64,000 nucleotides of DNA from contig OZ220675.1 in assembly GCA_965116325.1 (NCBI GenBank), forward strand, positions 833,536-897,535, read 5' to 3'. The first letter of the stretch is position 1; every line of letters starts with the position of its first letter. Made by a program: the position numbers and the translations under genes. This DNA is from Dehalococcoidia bacterium (GTDB taxonomy: Bacteria > Chloroflexota > Dehalococcoidia > Lucifugimonadales > JAGWBF01). The notes beneath the pieces are model-generated. The model was not told where the DNA came from. It worked only from the letters and a program-made list of their open reading frames with translations, and searched no databases. This document shows positions 45,067 to 52,739 of the stretch, piece after piece.

Positions 45067-46428
45067 TTAGAAGAGGGTCAGGTATCGGTCCACCTCCCAG
45101 GCGGATACCTGGCGGTGGTAGTCCTTCCACTCCTGGCGTTTCAGCTGGACGAAGTCCGGAGCCATGGCCCCCAGGGACCCCAGCACAACCTCGTCCTCCT
45201 CCAGCTCATCCAGGGCTTCGCCCAAGCTCTGGGGGAATAACCTGATCCCCCGTCGTTGGATCTCCTCCAGCCCCAGGTCGTACAGGTTGCCAAGGTTCGG
45301 CTCACCCGGCTCCAGCTCCCGGGCAATGCCATCCAGCCCTGCCGCAACATAGCCGGACAACACCAAGTACGGATTGCAGCCCGCCGAGATGGTGCGGTCT
45401 TCCAGGTGGCCCGGTCCTGCGGTGCGAATCATCTGGGTACGATTATTGTCGCCGTAGGACACGAAGGCGGGTGTCCAGATGAAGCCCGAGGCTGAACTTC
45501 TCAGCGAAGCAGCACCAACCTGAAGGCGCTTGTAGCAGTTGACTGTGGGAGAGTTTATGGCGCACAGCGCGGGGGCATGGTCCAGGATCCCGCCGATGAA
45601 GTTGTAGGCAAGCCGGGACAGGCCCAGTCCCCTTGGGTCGCTCTCATCCAGGAAAACGTTCACGCCCGAGTTAGCATCGGCCAGATGGTAGTGTATGTGT
45701 GCCCCGCTGCCCGTGCGGTCGGTGAAGGGCTTGGGCATGTGGGTGGCGATGGCGCCGTACTTCTGGGCTACCACCCCGGTCATCATTTTGAAGAAGGTGT
45801 ACCTGTCGGCGGTGGTCAGCGCATCCGAGTAGGTGAAGTTAATCTCGTACTGGCCGTTGGCATCCTCGTGGTCCGACTGGTAGCTCTCCCATCCCAGGGC
45901 GTTCAAGCCGTCCATCATCTCCCGCAGGTAGCCCATGGCCCCCGATATGCCCTTGTAGTCGTAGCAGGCCTTGTCGAGGCTGTCCACGTTGTTGGGGTCC
46001 CATATCTCGATAGAGCCATCGGCCTTGCGGGTAACCAGGAAATGCTCCGGCTCCAGCCCCACGTTGAAGACGTAGCCGGCGTCCCGCGCCTTTGCCAGGG
46101 CCTGCTTCAAGTTGGTGCGGGGGCAGTGGTCGTGGGGCACATCATCGACGAACAGGTCGCTGGCAAAGCGGGCAACGTCATCGCTCCAGGGCAGAGGCGT
46201 ATACGTATCGAGGTCGATGCGGGCCAGCATATCGTGGGAGTGAGGGCCCTGGCCCATGCCCCACAGGGCGCCTCCGGCAAACCCCGCGCCCGTGTCTATC
46301 ACATCATCGAAGGAACTGACCGGCACCATCTTGACCTTGGCCGCCCCGTGCATATCAACGAACTGGGTCAGGATGTACCTGATCCCGTCCTGCTGCATCT
46401 GCCTTCTTACGCTCTCTCGGTCCGCCAT
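45067..46428 (-). CDS. gmaS: glutamine synthetase family protein (gamma-glutamylmethylamide synthetase by context)
   Basis: GS catalytic-domain blocks (FNVGLEPEHFL, GSGAHIHYHL, NCYKRL). Located between the sox-like and glutamate-synthase-like genes. Confidence 0.75.
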   Translation of the reverse strand: MADRESVRRQMQQDGIRYILTQFVDMHGAAKVKMVPVSSFDDVIDTGAGFAGGALWGMGQGPHSHDMLARIDLDTYTPLPWSDDVARFASDLFVDDVPHDHCPRTNLKQALAKARDAGYVFNVGLEPEHFLVTRKADGSIEIWDPNNVDSLDKACYDYKGISGAMGYLREMMDGLNALGWESYQSDHEDANGQYEINFTYSDALTTADRYTFFKMMTGVVAQKYGAIATHMPKPFTDRTGSGAHIHYHLADANSGVNVFLDESDPRGLGLSRLAYNFIGGILDHAPALCAINSPTVNCYKRLQVGAASLRSSASGFIWTPAFVSYGDNNRTQMIRTAGPGHLEDRTISAGCNPYLVLSGYVAAGLDGIARELEPGEPNLGNLYDLGLEEIQRRGIRLFPQSLGEALDELEEDEVVLGSLGAMAPDFVQLKRQEWKDYHRQVSAWEVDRYLTLF

Positions 46429-46469
46429 CCTTTTAGCACCTTTCGTTGGCTAGTGCCTGGGGGTTTGGA

Positions 46470-47771
46470 CTAAGTCCCGAACACCTTGTTGGTGCCGGCC
46501 AGGGGTATCTGCGCCATAGTCGAGGCTTCGATGGTCAGGGCCGCCATATCCTCGGGCTCCAGGCTGCGCACATCGCCCTTGCCCAGGGAACGGGTCAGCA
46601 GGGCCAGCTCCATGGTCATGGAGTTCAGAAAGTTGGCAACCCTCTCGGCCCCCTCGTCGGGGTCCAGCCTGGCTTCCAGCGCCGGGTCCTGGGTGGCAAT
46701 GCCCACGGGACAAAGGCCCGTGTGGCAGCGGTTGCAGTAGCCTGCCTTTACCCCGATCTCCTCTTCGAAGTTGGTGCCGGGAATCTCCTTGTTGCAGTTC
46801 AGGGCGATGAGGGCTGCTATGCCGATGGCCACGGCGTCGGCGCCCAGGGCCAGCGCCTTTGCAACGTCGGCGCCGTTTCTTATGCCCCCAGAAGCCACCA
46901 GTGAAACCTGGCCGTAAAGGCCCAGCTCCCGCAGGGCTTCCCTGGCCTGCACTATGGCTGGCACCGTGGGGATGCCGCTGTGGTCCAGGAGTATCTCGGC
47001 GGAGGCGCCCGTTCCGGCCACCATGCTGTCTATAACGATGGTGTCCGCTCCTGCCTTGGCAGCCAGTTTGACGTCGTCGGCCACCCGGCAGGCCCCCAAC
47101 TTCACGCTGATGGGCAGCCTTCCCTCGGTGGCCTCCCGTATCTGCTCGATCTTTATACTGAGGTCGTCGGGCCCCAGCCAGTCGGGATGGCGGGTCGGGC
47201 TGCGCTGGTCGATGCCCAGGGGCAGCTCCCGCATCTCCGCGATGTTGTCGGCAACCTTGACCCCCATGAGCAGGCCCCCGGTGCCCGGCTTGGCCCCCTG
47301 CCCAACCACGATCTCGGCGGCGTTGGCTCCAATCAGGTGATGGGGGTCGAAACCATATCGGCTGGGAAGCACCTGGTAGATCAGCTTGTTGGAGGCGTCC
47401 CGCTCATCCTGGAGCATCCCGCCGTCGCCGGTGCAGGTTGCGGTCCCGACCAGGGAGGCCGCCTTGCCCAAAGCCACCTTGGCGTTGCGGGAGAGGGCCC
47501 CGTAGCTCATGCCCGTGATGTATATGGGGGTGTCGAGCACCAGGGGTTCCGAGGCATAGCGGCTGCCGAGGACCACCTGGGTGTTGCACTTCTCCTTGTA
47601 GCCCTCCAGGGGAAAGCGGGTGAGGCCCGTTGACAGGAACACCAGGTCGTCGAAGTGGGTGACCTTCTGGAAGGTGCTGAATCCCCGAATCCTGTAGCGC
47701 CCCAGCTCAGCCTTGGCGTGGATATCATCTATGTGGTGGGTGGCCCAAATGTGGCTGCTGCCCAGTACCAT
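46470..47771 (-). CDS. mgsC: FMN-binding glutamate synthase-domain protein (N-methylglutamate synthase subunit C by context)
   Basis: GltB FMN-domain blocks GMSYGALS, GEG-like GDGG, QGAKPGTGG, DSMVAGTGAS and LVASGGIRNGADVAKALALGADAV. Confidence 0.8.
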   Translation of the reverse strand: MVLGSSHIWATHHIDDIHAKAELGRYRIRGFSTFQKVTHFDDLVFLSTGLTRFPLEGYKEKCNTQVVLGSRYASEPLVLDTPIYITGMSYGALSRNAKVALGKAASLVGTATCTGDGGMLQDERDASNKLIYQVLPSRYGFDPHHLIGANAAEIVVGQGAKPGTGGLLMGVKVADNIAEMRELPLGIDQRSPTRHPDWLGPDDLSIKIEQIREATEGRLPISVKLGACRVADDVKLAAKAGADTIVIDSMVAGTGASAEILLDHSGIPTVPAIVQAREALRELGLYGQVSLVASGGIRNGADVAKALALGADAVAIGIAALIALNCNKEIPGTNFEEEIGVKAGYCNRCHTGLCPVGIATQDPALEARLDPDEGAERVANFLNSMTMELALLTRSLGKGDVRSLEPEDMAALTIEASTMAQIPLAGTNKVFGT

Positions 47772-47786
47772 AGGGCTTGACTCCTC

Positions 47787-48473
47787 CTATACCGCGCGCT
47801 TCTCCAAGCGCTCCAGGGAATCGAAATGGTACAGCTTCTTGGCCGACACTATCTTGGTGTACTTCTTGCGGTCGTGGATGCCGTAGCGCTCCATGGTCTC
47901 CCAGACCTGGATCAGCTCGCTCTCGGACGCCTCTTCGATCTTGGCGTCGCTGCCGAGAGAGCCGATCTCCCCACCCACGTAGATGGTGCCCTCGTACATG
48001 GAGTCGCCCACACCCTCACCCACGTCGCCGCCGATGATGATGGTGCCCCGCTGCATCATGAAACCCGTCATGAAGCCGGCGTCTCCCCCGATAGCGAGGG
48101 TGCCCCCCTTCATGCCGATGCCCGCCCGGGCGCCTGCGTTGCCCCCCACGAACACCTCGCCTCCCCGCATGGAGGAGCCCAGGGAAGCGCCGGCGTTCCT
48201 ACTAAGCACCACCTTGCCCTTCATCAAGTTCTCGCCCAAGGCCCACCCGGCGTTGCCGTTGATGGTTACCTCGGGTCCGTCCATTAGGCTGGCGGCGTAG
48301 TAGCCAACGCTGCCTTCGATGGTGATGCTGCAGGTGTCCAGCAGGCCGACGGCAATGTTGTGCCTGGCCTGGGGGTTCAGTATGCGGATATGCTCGGTGC
48401 CCTGGGCTGCCAGCTCCCGCAGCTTCCGGTTCAGCTCGGTTGTGGTCAGGGCGGAGGCGTCTAGATCAACCAA
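47787..48473 (-). CDS. mgsB: GXGXG-motif glutamate synthase domain-3-like protein (N-methylglutamate synthase subunit B by context)
   Basis: Repeated beta-helix GxxGxxxG units (GNAGWALGENLMKGKVV, GGNAGARAGIGMKGG, GGDAGFMTGFMMQRG). Confidence 0.8.
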   Translation of the reverse strand: MVDLDASALTTTELNRKLRELAAQGTEHIRILNPQARHNIAVGLLDTCSITIEGSVGYYAASLMDGPEVTINGNAGWALGENLMKGKVVLSRNAGASLGSSMRGGEVFVGGNAGARAGIGMKGGTLAIGGDAGFMTGFMMQRGTIIIGGDVGEGVGDSMYEGTIYVGGEIGSLGSDAKIEEASESELIQVWETMERYGIHDRKKYTKIVSAKKLYHFDSLERLEKRAV

Positions 48474-49375
48474 GTCTTGACGTCACCTTCCTGGGGTTCG
48501 GCTCGGTCGATCTCGTTGGGGAAGATGCGCCTGAGGGCGATCTCCTCCGAGGCAATGGCTACCACATCGTCGTTTTCCGTCGCCACCATGGGCTTGGCCG
48601 ACCACCGGTCCTTGGCGTAGCCGATGCCGTCTTCGGTGGAAGCTACGAAGGTAAACGTCCCGTCCAGGTCATCCACAGCCGAGTTGAGGGCATCGTCCAG
48701 CTTCATGCCCTTGTACATCTTGTCGGCGAGGTAAACAGCTATCAGCTCCGAGTCGTTTTCGGTCTGAAAGGTGTAGCCCTCATCCTCGTACTTCCGGGTC
48801 AGCTTGTGGTAGTTGGTGAGCTGGCCGTTGTGCACCACGGACACATCGGGGAAGGGATATGCCCAGAAGGGGTGGGAGTGGTTGATGTCCACCCGGCTTT
48901 CTGTCGCCATGCGGACGTGACCGATGCCGTGGGTGCCCTTGATGCCGTCGATGCTGTGCTTGCCGTCCATGTCGCAGGCCGTGCCGACATCCTTGATGAT
49001 CTCCGAGTTCCTGCCGATGCTGTGGAGGTGCATGCCTCGCAGCTTCAGGATAGCCTCGGCCAGGCGCCCAACATCGCCGCCGTACCGTATCTCGGTCCTC
49101 AGGTAGCTACCCGTGAGGGCGCTGGCTACCACCGAGCCGCCATGCTCGGAGACGATGTCCTGTACGCGGCCCATCTGGGCCTCGGCGTCCTGGTCGCCCT
49201 CGTACCAAAGCCTGATGATGTAGTCGGCGGGGAACTCCTCGCCGCAGATGGTCACGCCGCTGGAGTCGATGCCCCGGTGGGCCAATGAGTCCAGCATAGC
49301 AACCAGCTCCCGCCCGACGGGAGCGAGACCCTCGGAGCCAGCGTTCTTATGCACAATCGCGCTAATGCCACACAT
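48461..49375 (-). CDS. mgsA: class II (Ntn) glutamine amidotransferase (N-methylglutamate synthase subunit A by context)
   Basis: MCGI N-terminal nucleophile Cys, with GltB/PurF-type amidotransferase blocks (HVRMATES, HNGQLTN). Confidence 0.8.
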   Translation of the reverse strand: MCGISAIVHKNAGSEGLAPVGRELVAMLDSLAHRGIDSSGVTICGEEFPADYIIRLWYEGDQDAEAQMGRVQDIVSEHGGSVVASALTGSYLRTEIRYGGDVGRLAEAILKLRGMHLHSIGRNSEIIKDVGTACDMDGKHSIDGIKGTHGIGHVRMATESRVDINHSHPFWAYPFPDVSVVHNGQLTNYHKLTRKYEDEGYTFQTENDSELIAVYLADKMYKGMKLDDALNSAVDDLDGTFTFVASTEDGIGYAKDRWSAKPMVATENDDVVAIASEEIALRRIFPNEIDRAEPQEGDVKTWLI

Positions 49376-49485
49376 GCGGTATCGCCATCCTCACCAAAAA
49401 TGACTTCCCGAATATATCACTACGCCCCATGTCGGGCAACCCACAGCGCGAGGGATACAGGGGGAGCTTCTCCCGTCCACCTTGA

Positions 49486-49603
49486 GGAAATCCGCTCGCC
49501 TTGGGGAAATCCGCTCGCCTTGGGGAAATCCGTTCGCCACGATGAAATCCCATTCGCCTTGAAGAAGTCCGTTCGCCCTGAGGGAAATCGAAGGGGAACG
49601 GAC
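49486..49603. repeat. degenerate 19-20-bp tandem array ending in a palindromic hairpin-A module
   Basis: Units GGAAATCCGCTCGCCTTGG x2 (49486-49523), GGAAATCCGTTCGCCACGA, TGAAATCCCATTCGCCTTGA and AGAAGTCCGTTCGCCCTGAG. The inverted partner GGAAATCGAAGGGGAACGGAC follows. The final 37 nt are the reverse complement of 10882-10918 with 1 mismatch. Confidence 0.8.
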
Positions 49604-49638
49604 AGTGCGGTGTCTGCCTCTCCGGGATTGAACGGATG

Positions 49639-49995
49639 CTAGTACAAGATCATCTGGGTGGGTACCAAGCGCTGGGCCTCCGGGTCCACCGCTAGGGCCA
49701 AACCCTCCAGGGTGTAGGCCCCCAGCAGTGGAGGGGCCTCGTCCTGCCCGAAGACCACGATTGTAACGACGCTCTCCCCGCCTATCGTGGCCCACGCCTG
49801 CCCGTAGGACATCTCGACCCGTCGACCGTCGGCAACCAGGAATCCGCGTTTGCCGGTCGCTTCGATGCCCATATCCCGCAGTAGGCTTGAAGGCAACGTG
49901 GTGAACGAAACGCCAGTGTCAACCGTCGCCTCAAGGTCCCGGCTCTGTTGACCAGCCATGCTGGAGATGCGCAACGGCCACTCAAAAGTCCTCAT
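49639..49995 (-). CDS. retropepsin-like (clan AA) single-lobe aspartic protease
   Basis: LEATVDTGVSFTTLP (D-T-G active-site motif), about 118 aa from the ATG at 49995. The listed longer form would overlap the tRNA-Leu gene. Confidence 0.6.
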   Translation of the reverse strand: MRTFEWPLRISSMAGQQSRDLEATVDTGVSFTTLPSSLLRDMGIEATGKRGFLVADGRRVEMSYGQAWATIGGESVVTIVVFGQDEAPPLLGAYTLEGLALAVDPEAQRLVPTQMILY

Positions 49996-50059
49996 GGCGG
50001 GCACCTCTATGAATAGGTCTCTGCTGTTCGATCTTACGAGAAATGGACAGGTTCTTGTG

Positions 50060-50145
50060 TGGTGCCGAAGGTCGGAGTCGAACCGACACGGGGTTGCCCC
50101 CAACGGTTTTTGAGACCGTCGCGTCTACCATTCCGCCACTTCGGC
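50060..50145 (-). tRNA. tRNA-Leu (anticodon CAA), CCA encoded
   Basis: Reverse complement folds as GCCGAAG/CTTCGGC acceptor, D arm GCG-GAATGGTAGA-CGC, anticodon stem ACGGT/ACCGT with loop CUCAAAA, long variable arm TGGGGGCAACCCCGT, T arm GTCGG-TTCGACT-CCGAC, and A-CCA. Confidence 0.9.
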
Positions 50146-50345
50146 CCAAAGGGAGTCCATGGGGTGGTTGCCCCAGCGATATTCTACCATGCTACCCCCA
50201 AATTCGAGGGAAGGCCGGCTCTTTCAGATAGTTTTGGAGCAAATGCATGCCCGTTCGGCTAGATATGACACAGATGGTTGCCGTCCCATTCGCCACGGGT
50301 TAGACTGGCACACGCAGTCCGATTCTCTCCCAAGGAGCTTCCCCC

Positions 50346-50867
50346 ATGTCCCAGGTCTCTTTCATCGCCGAGTCCCTCGCCAATCTCCAGAGCTCCATCG
50401 ACGAAGCTATGAAGGGGCTTACCGACGAGCAGGCCCACTACCAGGGCGGCAACGACTCTAACCATATCGCCTTTGTGGCGTGGCACTACGCTCGCACCGT
50501 CGACAACATCATCCGGTTCGTCCTGCAGCGGAAGCCGACTATCTGGATGGAGGGGAAGTGGGACGAGCGGTTCGGGCTGGACTCCAAGGCCCAGGGCACC
50601 GGGATGACCCGGGAGGAGGCCTCGGCCCTGCGCATCTCCGACCTGGCAGCCTTTGAGGAGTACATGTCACTGGTCTGGCAGGACACCAGGGATTACATGG
50701 GGACCATCAGCGAGGATGACCTGGCCCAAGAGATGACCATACGTCCCCTGGGAGAGATGACTTTGGGCCATGTGCTGGGCACTGTGCTGCTGACCCACGG
50801 CTACACCCACCTGGGGGAGATCTACACGCTGAAGGGCGTCCAAGGCCTGGCGGGCAGCCCTATCTAA
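50346..50867 (+). CDS. DinB family protein
   Basis: LTDEQAHYQ...NHIAFVAWHYARTVD...LLTHGYTHLGEI: the His triad pattern of the DinB superfamily. Confidence 0.7.
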   Translation: MSQVSFIAESLANLQSSIDEAMKGLTDEQAHYQGGNDSNHIAFVAWHYARTVDNIIRFVLQRKPTIWMEGKWDERFGLDSKAQGTGMTREEASALRISDLAAFEEYMSLVWQDTRDYMGTISEDDLAQEMTIRPLGEMTLGHVLGTVLLTHGYTHLGEIYTLKGVQGLAGSPI

Positions 50868-50930
50868 TGCCTTCAAGCCGCCGGCTGGAGAGGCTCCGGA
50901 ATATGGCTTGCCGAAGCGAGAGCAAGCTTC

Positions 50931-50960
50931 CCTGGATTCCGGCCTTCGCCGGAATGACGG
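50931..50960. repeat. hairpin B-type palindromic repeat copy
   Basis: CCTGGATTCCGGCCTTCGCCGGAATGACGG parallels CCTGGATTGCGGCCTCCGCCGCAATGACGG at 11007-11036, with compensatory stem changes. Preceded by the shared GAGA(G)CAAGCTTC. Confidence 0.55.
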
Positions 50961-51031
50961 ATTGGTGAGGGCGTACAGGGTCTGGTAGGCAGCCCTATCT
51001 AAGGCGCCGGGGGCGCACTAGGAGCCATGGA

Positions 51032-52567
51032 TTGACCAATAGGGACGTGGAAGCTGCGCTGGCATACCATAACGACACCAAGCACTCGCTGCTGAGCATT
51101 CACAGCGACCCCCACTACCTGGACTTCAGCAACCAGCCCCTGCCCTTCAAGATATACACCGATCTCGACCCCATTCCCCTGCCCAGGGATTTGCGGACGT
51201 CAGGCGTCGGCGCCCTGGCCGCCGTGGCCAGCCACGGCAGCTTCGAGGGCGATGCGGTCCCCGACCTGCCAACTCTTGCCAGCGTGCTGCACCATGCCGC
51301 CGGCATCACCAAGAAGCGCACCTTTCCCGGCGGGGAGATACTCTTCAGGGCGGCGGCATGCACCGGGGCCCTGTACCACATCGAGCTGTACCTGGTGTGC
51401 GGCGATCTGCCGGGGCTGGAGGCCGGCGTGTACCACTTCGGCGTCCACGACTTCTCCCTGCGTAGGCTGCGCAGCGGCGACTATCGACCCAACCTCGTCC
51501 AGGCCAGCGGAGGCCACGAGGCCCTGGCCCAAGCCCCTGCTGCGCTCGTGTGCACAAGCACCTTCTGGCGCAACTCGTGGAAGTACCGCTCCCGGGCCTA
51601 CCGCCACTGCTTCTGGGACAATGGGACCATCCTGGCCAACCTGCTGGCCACCACGGCTGCCCACCACATTTCTTCAAGCATAGTCACCGGCTTCGTGGAC
51701 TCCGCGGTCAACGAGCTGCTGGACCTGGACACCGAGAAAGAGGTAGCCCTCACCCTGGTGCCCCTGGGCCGGACCTCGGACCCGCCCCAGGATGCCGTGC
51801 TGACGACGCCAGGGCTGAGCCTGGAGACCATGCCCCTGTCCAGGACCCAGGTGGACTACCCGGCCATTCGGGAGATGCACCAGGCTTCCTGCCTGGATGA
51901 CCCCGACCAGGTACGGGACGCCAGGAACGGTGCTACCAATGCCCGGCCCCACCCCAGCCCTTCGGGGCGGGAGTTCCCCATGCCGCCTGCCACCGACACC
52001 GACCCCTCGGATACAGGGCTGGAGGCGGTGATCAAGCGGCGGGGCTCCTCCCGCCGTTTCGCCCGGGAGCCCATAACCCTGAAGCAGCTTTCCACCATCC
52101 TCACCCAGTCAACCAAAGGCGTCCCCGCCGACTTCCTCGACCCCTTTGGGACCAGCCTCTGCCGGATGTACCTCATAGTCAACGATGTGCTGGGCCTTCC
52201 CGCGGGGAGCTACTTCCACGACCGGGAGTACGGCTCCCTGGAGATGCTGGAGGAGGGGGACTTTCGTAATGCCGGGGGCTACCTCGGCCTCCAGCAGGAC
52301 ATCCCCGCCGACGCCAGCGTGGATGTGTTCTTCCTGACCGACCTGGACCATGCCCTGGCTCGCTACGGGAACCGGGGCTACAGGGCCGCCCAGCTTGAGG
52401 CGGGCATCGTCGGGGGGAAGATGTACCTGTCGGCGTATGCCCAGCGACTTGGGGCCAGCGGGCTGACCTTTTTCGACGATGATGTGACCAACTTCTTCTC
52501 GCCCCATGCCGAGGGGCTGTCGGTCATGTTCCTGGTGGCTCTCGGAGTGCCCGCACGCAGGCGGTGA
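51032..52567 (+). CDS. SagB/ThcOx-type dehydrogenase (tandem nitroreductase-like domains)
   Basis: ALAYHNDTKHS opening, AAACTGALYHIELY, a second half with RRGSSRRF ... GYRAAQLEAGIVGG. 511 aa fits the two-domain SagB-type architecture. Confidence 0.8.
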   Translation: MTNRDVEAALAYHNDTKHSLLSIHSDPHYLDFSNQPLPFKIYTDLDPIPLPRDLRTSGVGALAAVASHGSFEGDAVPDLPTLASVLHHAAGITKKRTFPGGEILFRAAACTGALYHIELYLVCGDLPGLEAGVYHFGVHDFSLRRLRSGDYRPNLVQASGGHEALAQAPAALVCTSTFWRNSWKYRSRAYRHCFWDNGTILANLLATTAAHHISSSIVTGFVDSAVNELLDLDTEKEVALTLVPLGRTSDPPQDAVLTTPGLSLETMPLSRTQVDYPAIREMHQASCLDDPDQVRDARNGATNARPHPSPSGREFPMPPATDTDPSDTGLEAVIKRRGSSRRFAREPITLKQLSTILTQSTKGVPADFLDPFGTSLCRMYLIVNDVLGLPAGSYFHDREYGSLEMLEEGDFRNAGGYLGLQQDIPADASVDVFFLTDLDHALARYGNRGYRAAQLEAGIVGGKMYLSAYAQRLGASGLTFFDDDVTNFFSPHAEGLSVMFLVALGVPARRR

Positions 52568-52593
52568 GGCCTGCGTCGCCAGTTTATGTCTGC

Positions 52594-52622
52594 TTGACAA
52601 TAAATTGGCGAAATGCTAACGT
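52594..52622 (+). promoter_or_regulatory. candidate otsA promoter
   Basis: TTGACA (52594-99), 17 nt, TAACGT (52617-22). Would give a leader of about 110 nt. Confidence 0.35.
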
Positions 52623-52739
52623 CGAAAACAACCCGCCAGCTACGTTTCCCGTACAATTTCAACGCTCCTAGGGATGCGAAGGACTGCGGGTGTGTGTTGG
52701 GCTTGATCACCGAGTCAAGACTCGATAAGCGGTGCCGGA

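Noticed and set aside
49486-49603. Possible CRISPR array
   Set aside because: The units are contiguous 19-20-mers with no unique spacers between them. No cas genes are present, and the end of the array is a copy of a dispersed palindrome.
52623-52739. Possible riboswitch in the ~110-nt otsA leader (nested hairpin CACCG-AGTCAAGACTCGATAAG-CGGTG)
   Set aside because: It does not match any riboswitch class I can recognise. A single short hairpin is insufficient evidence.
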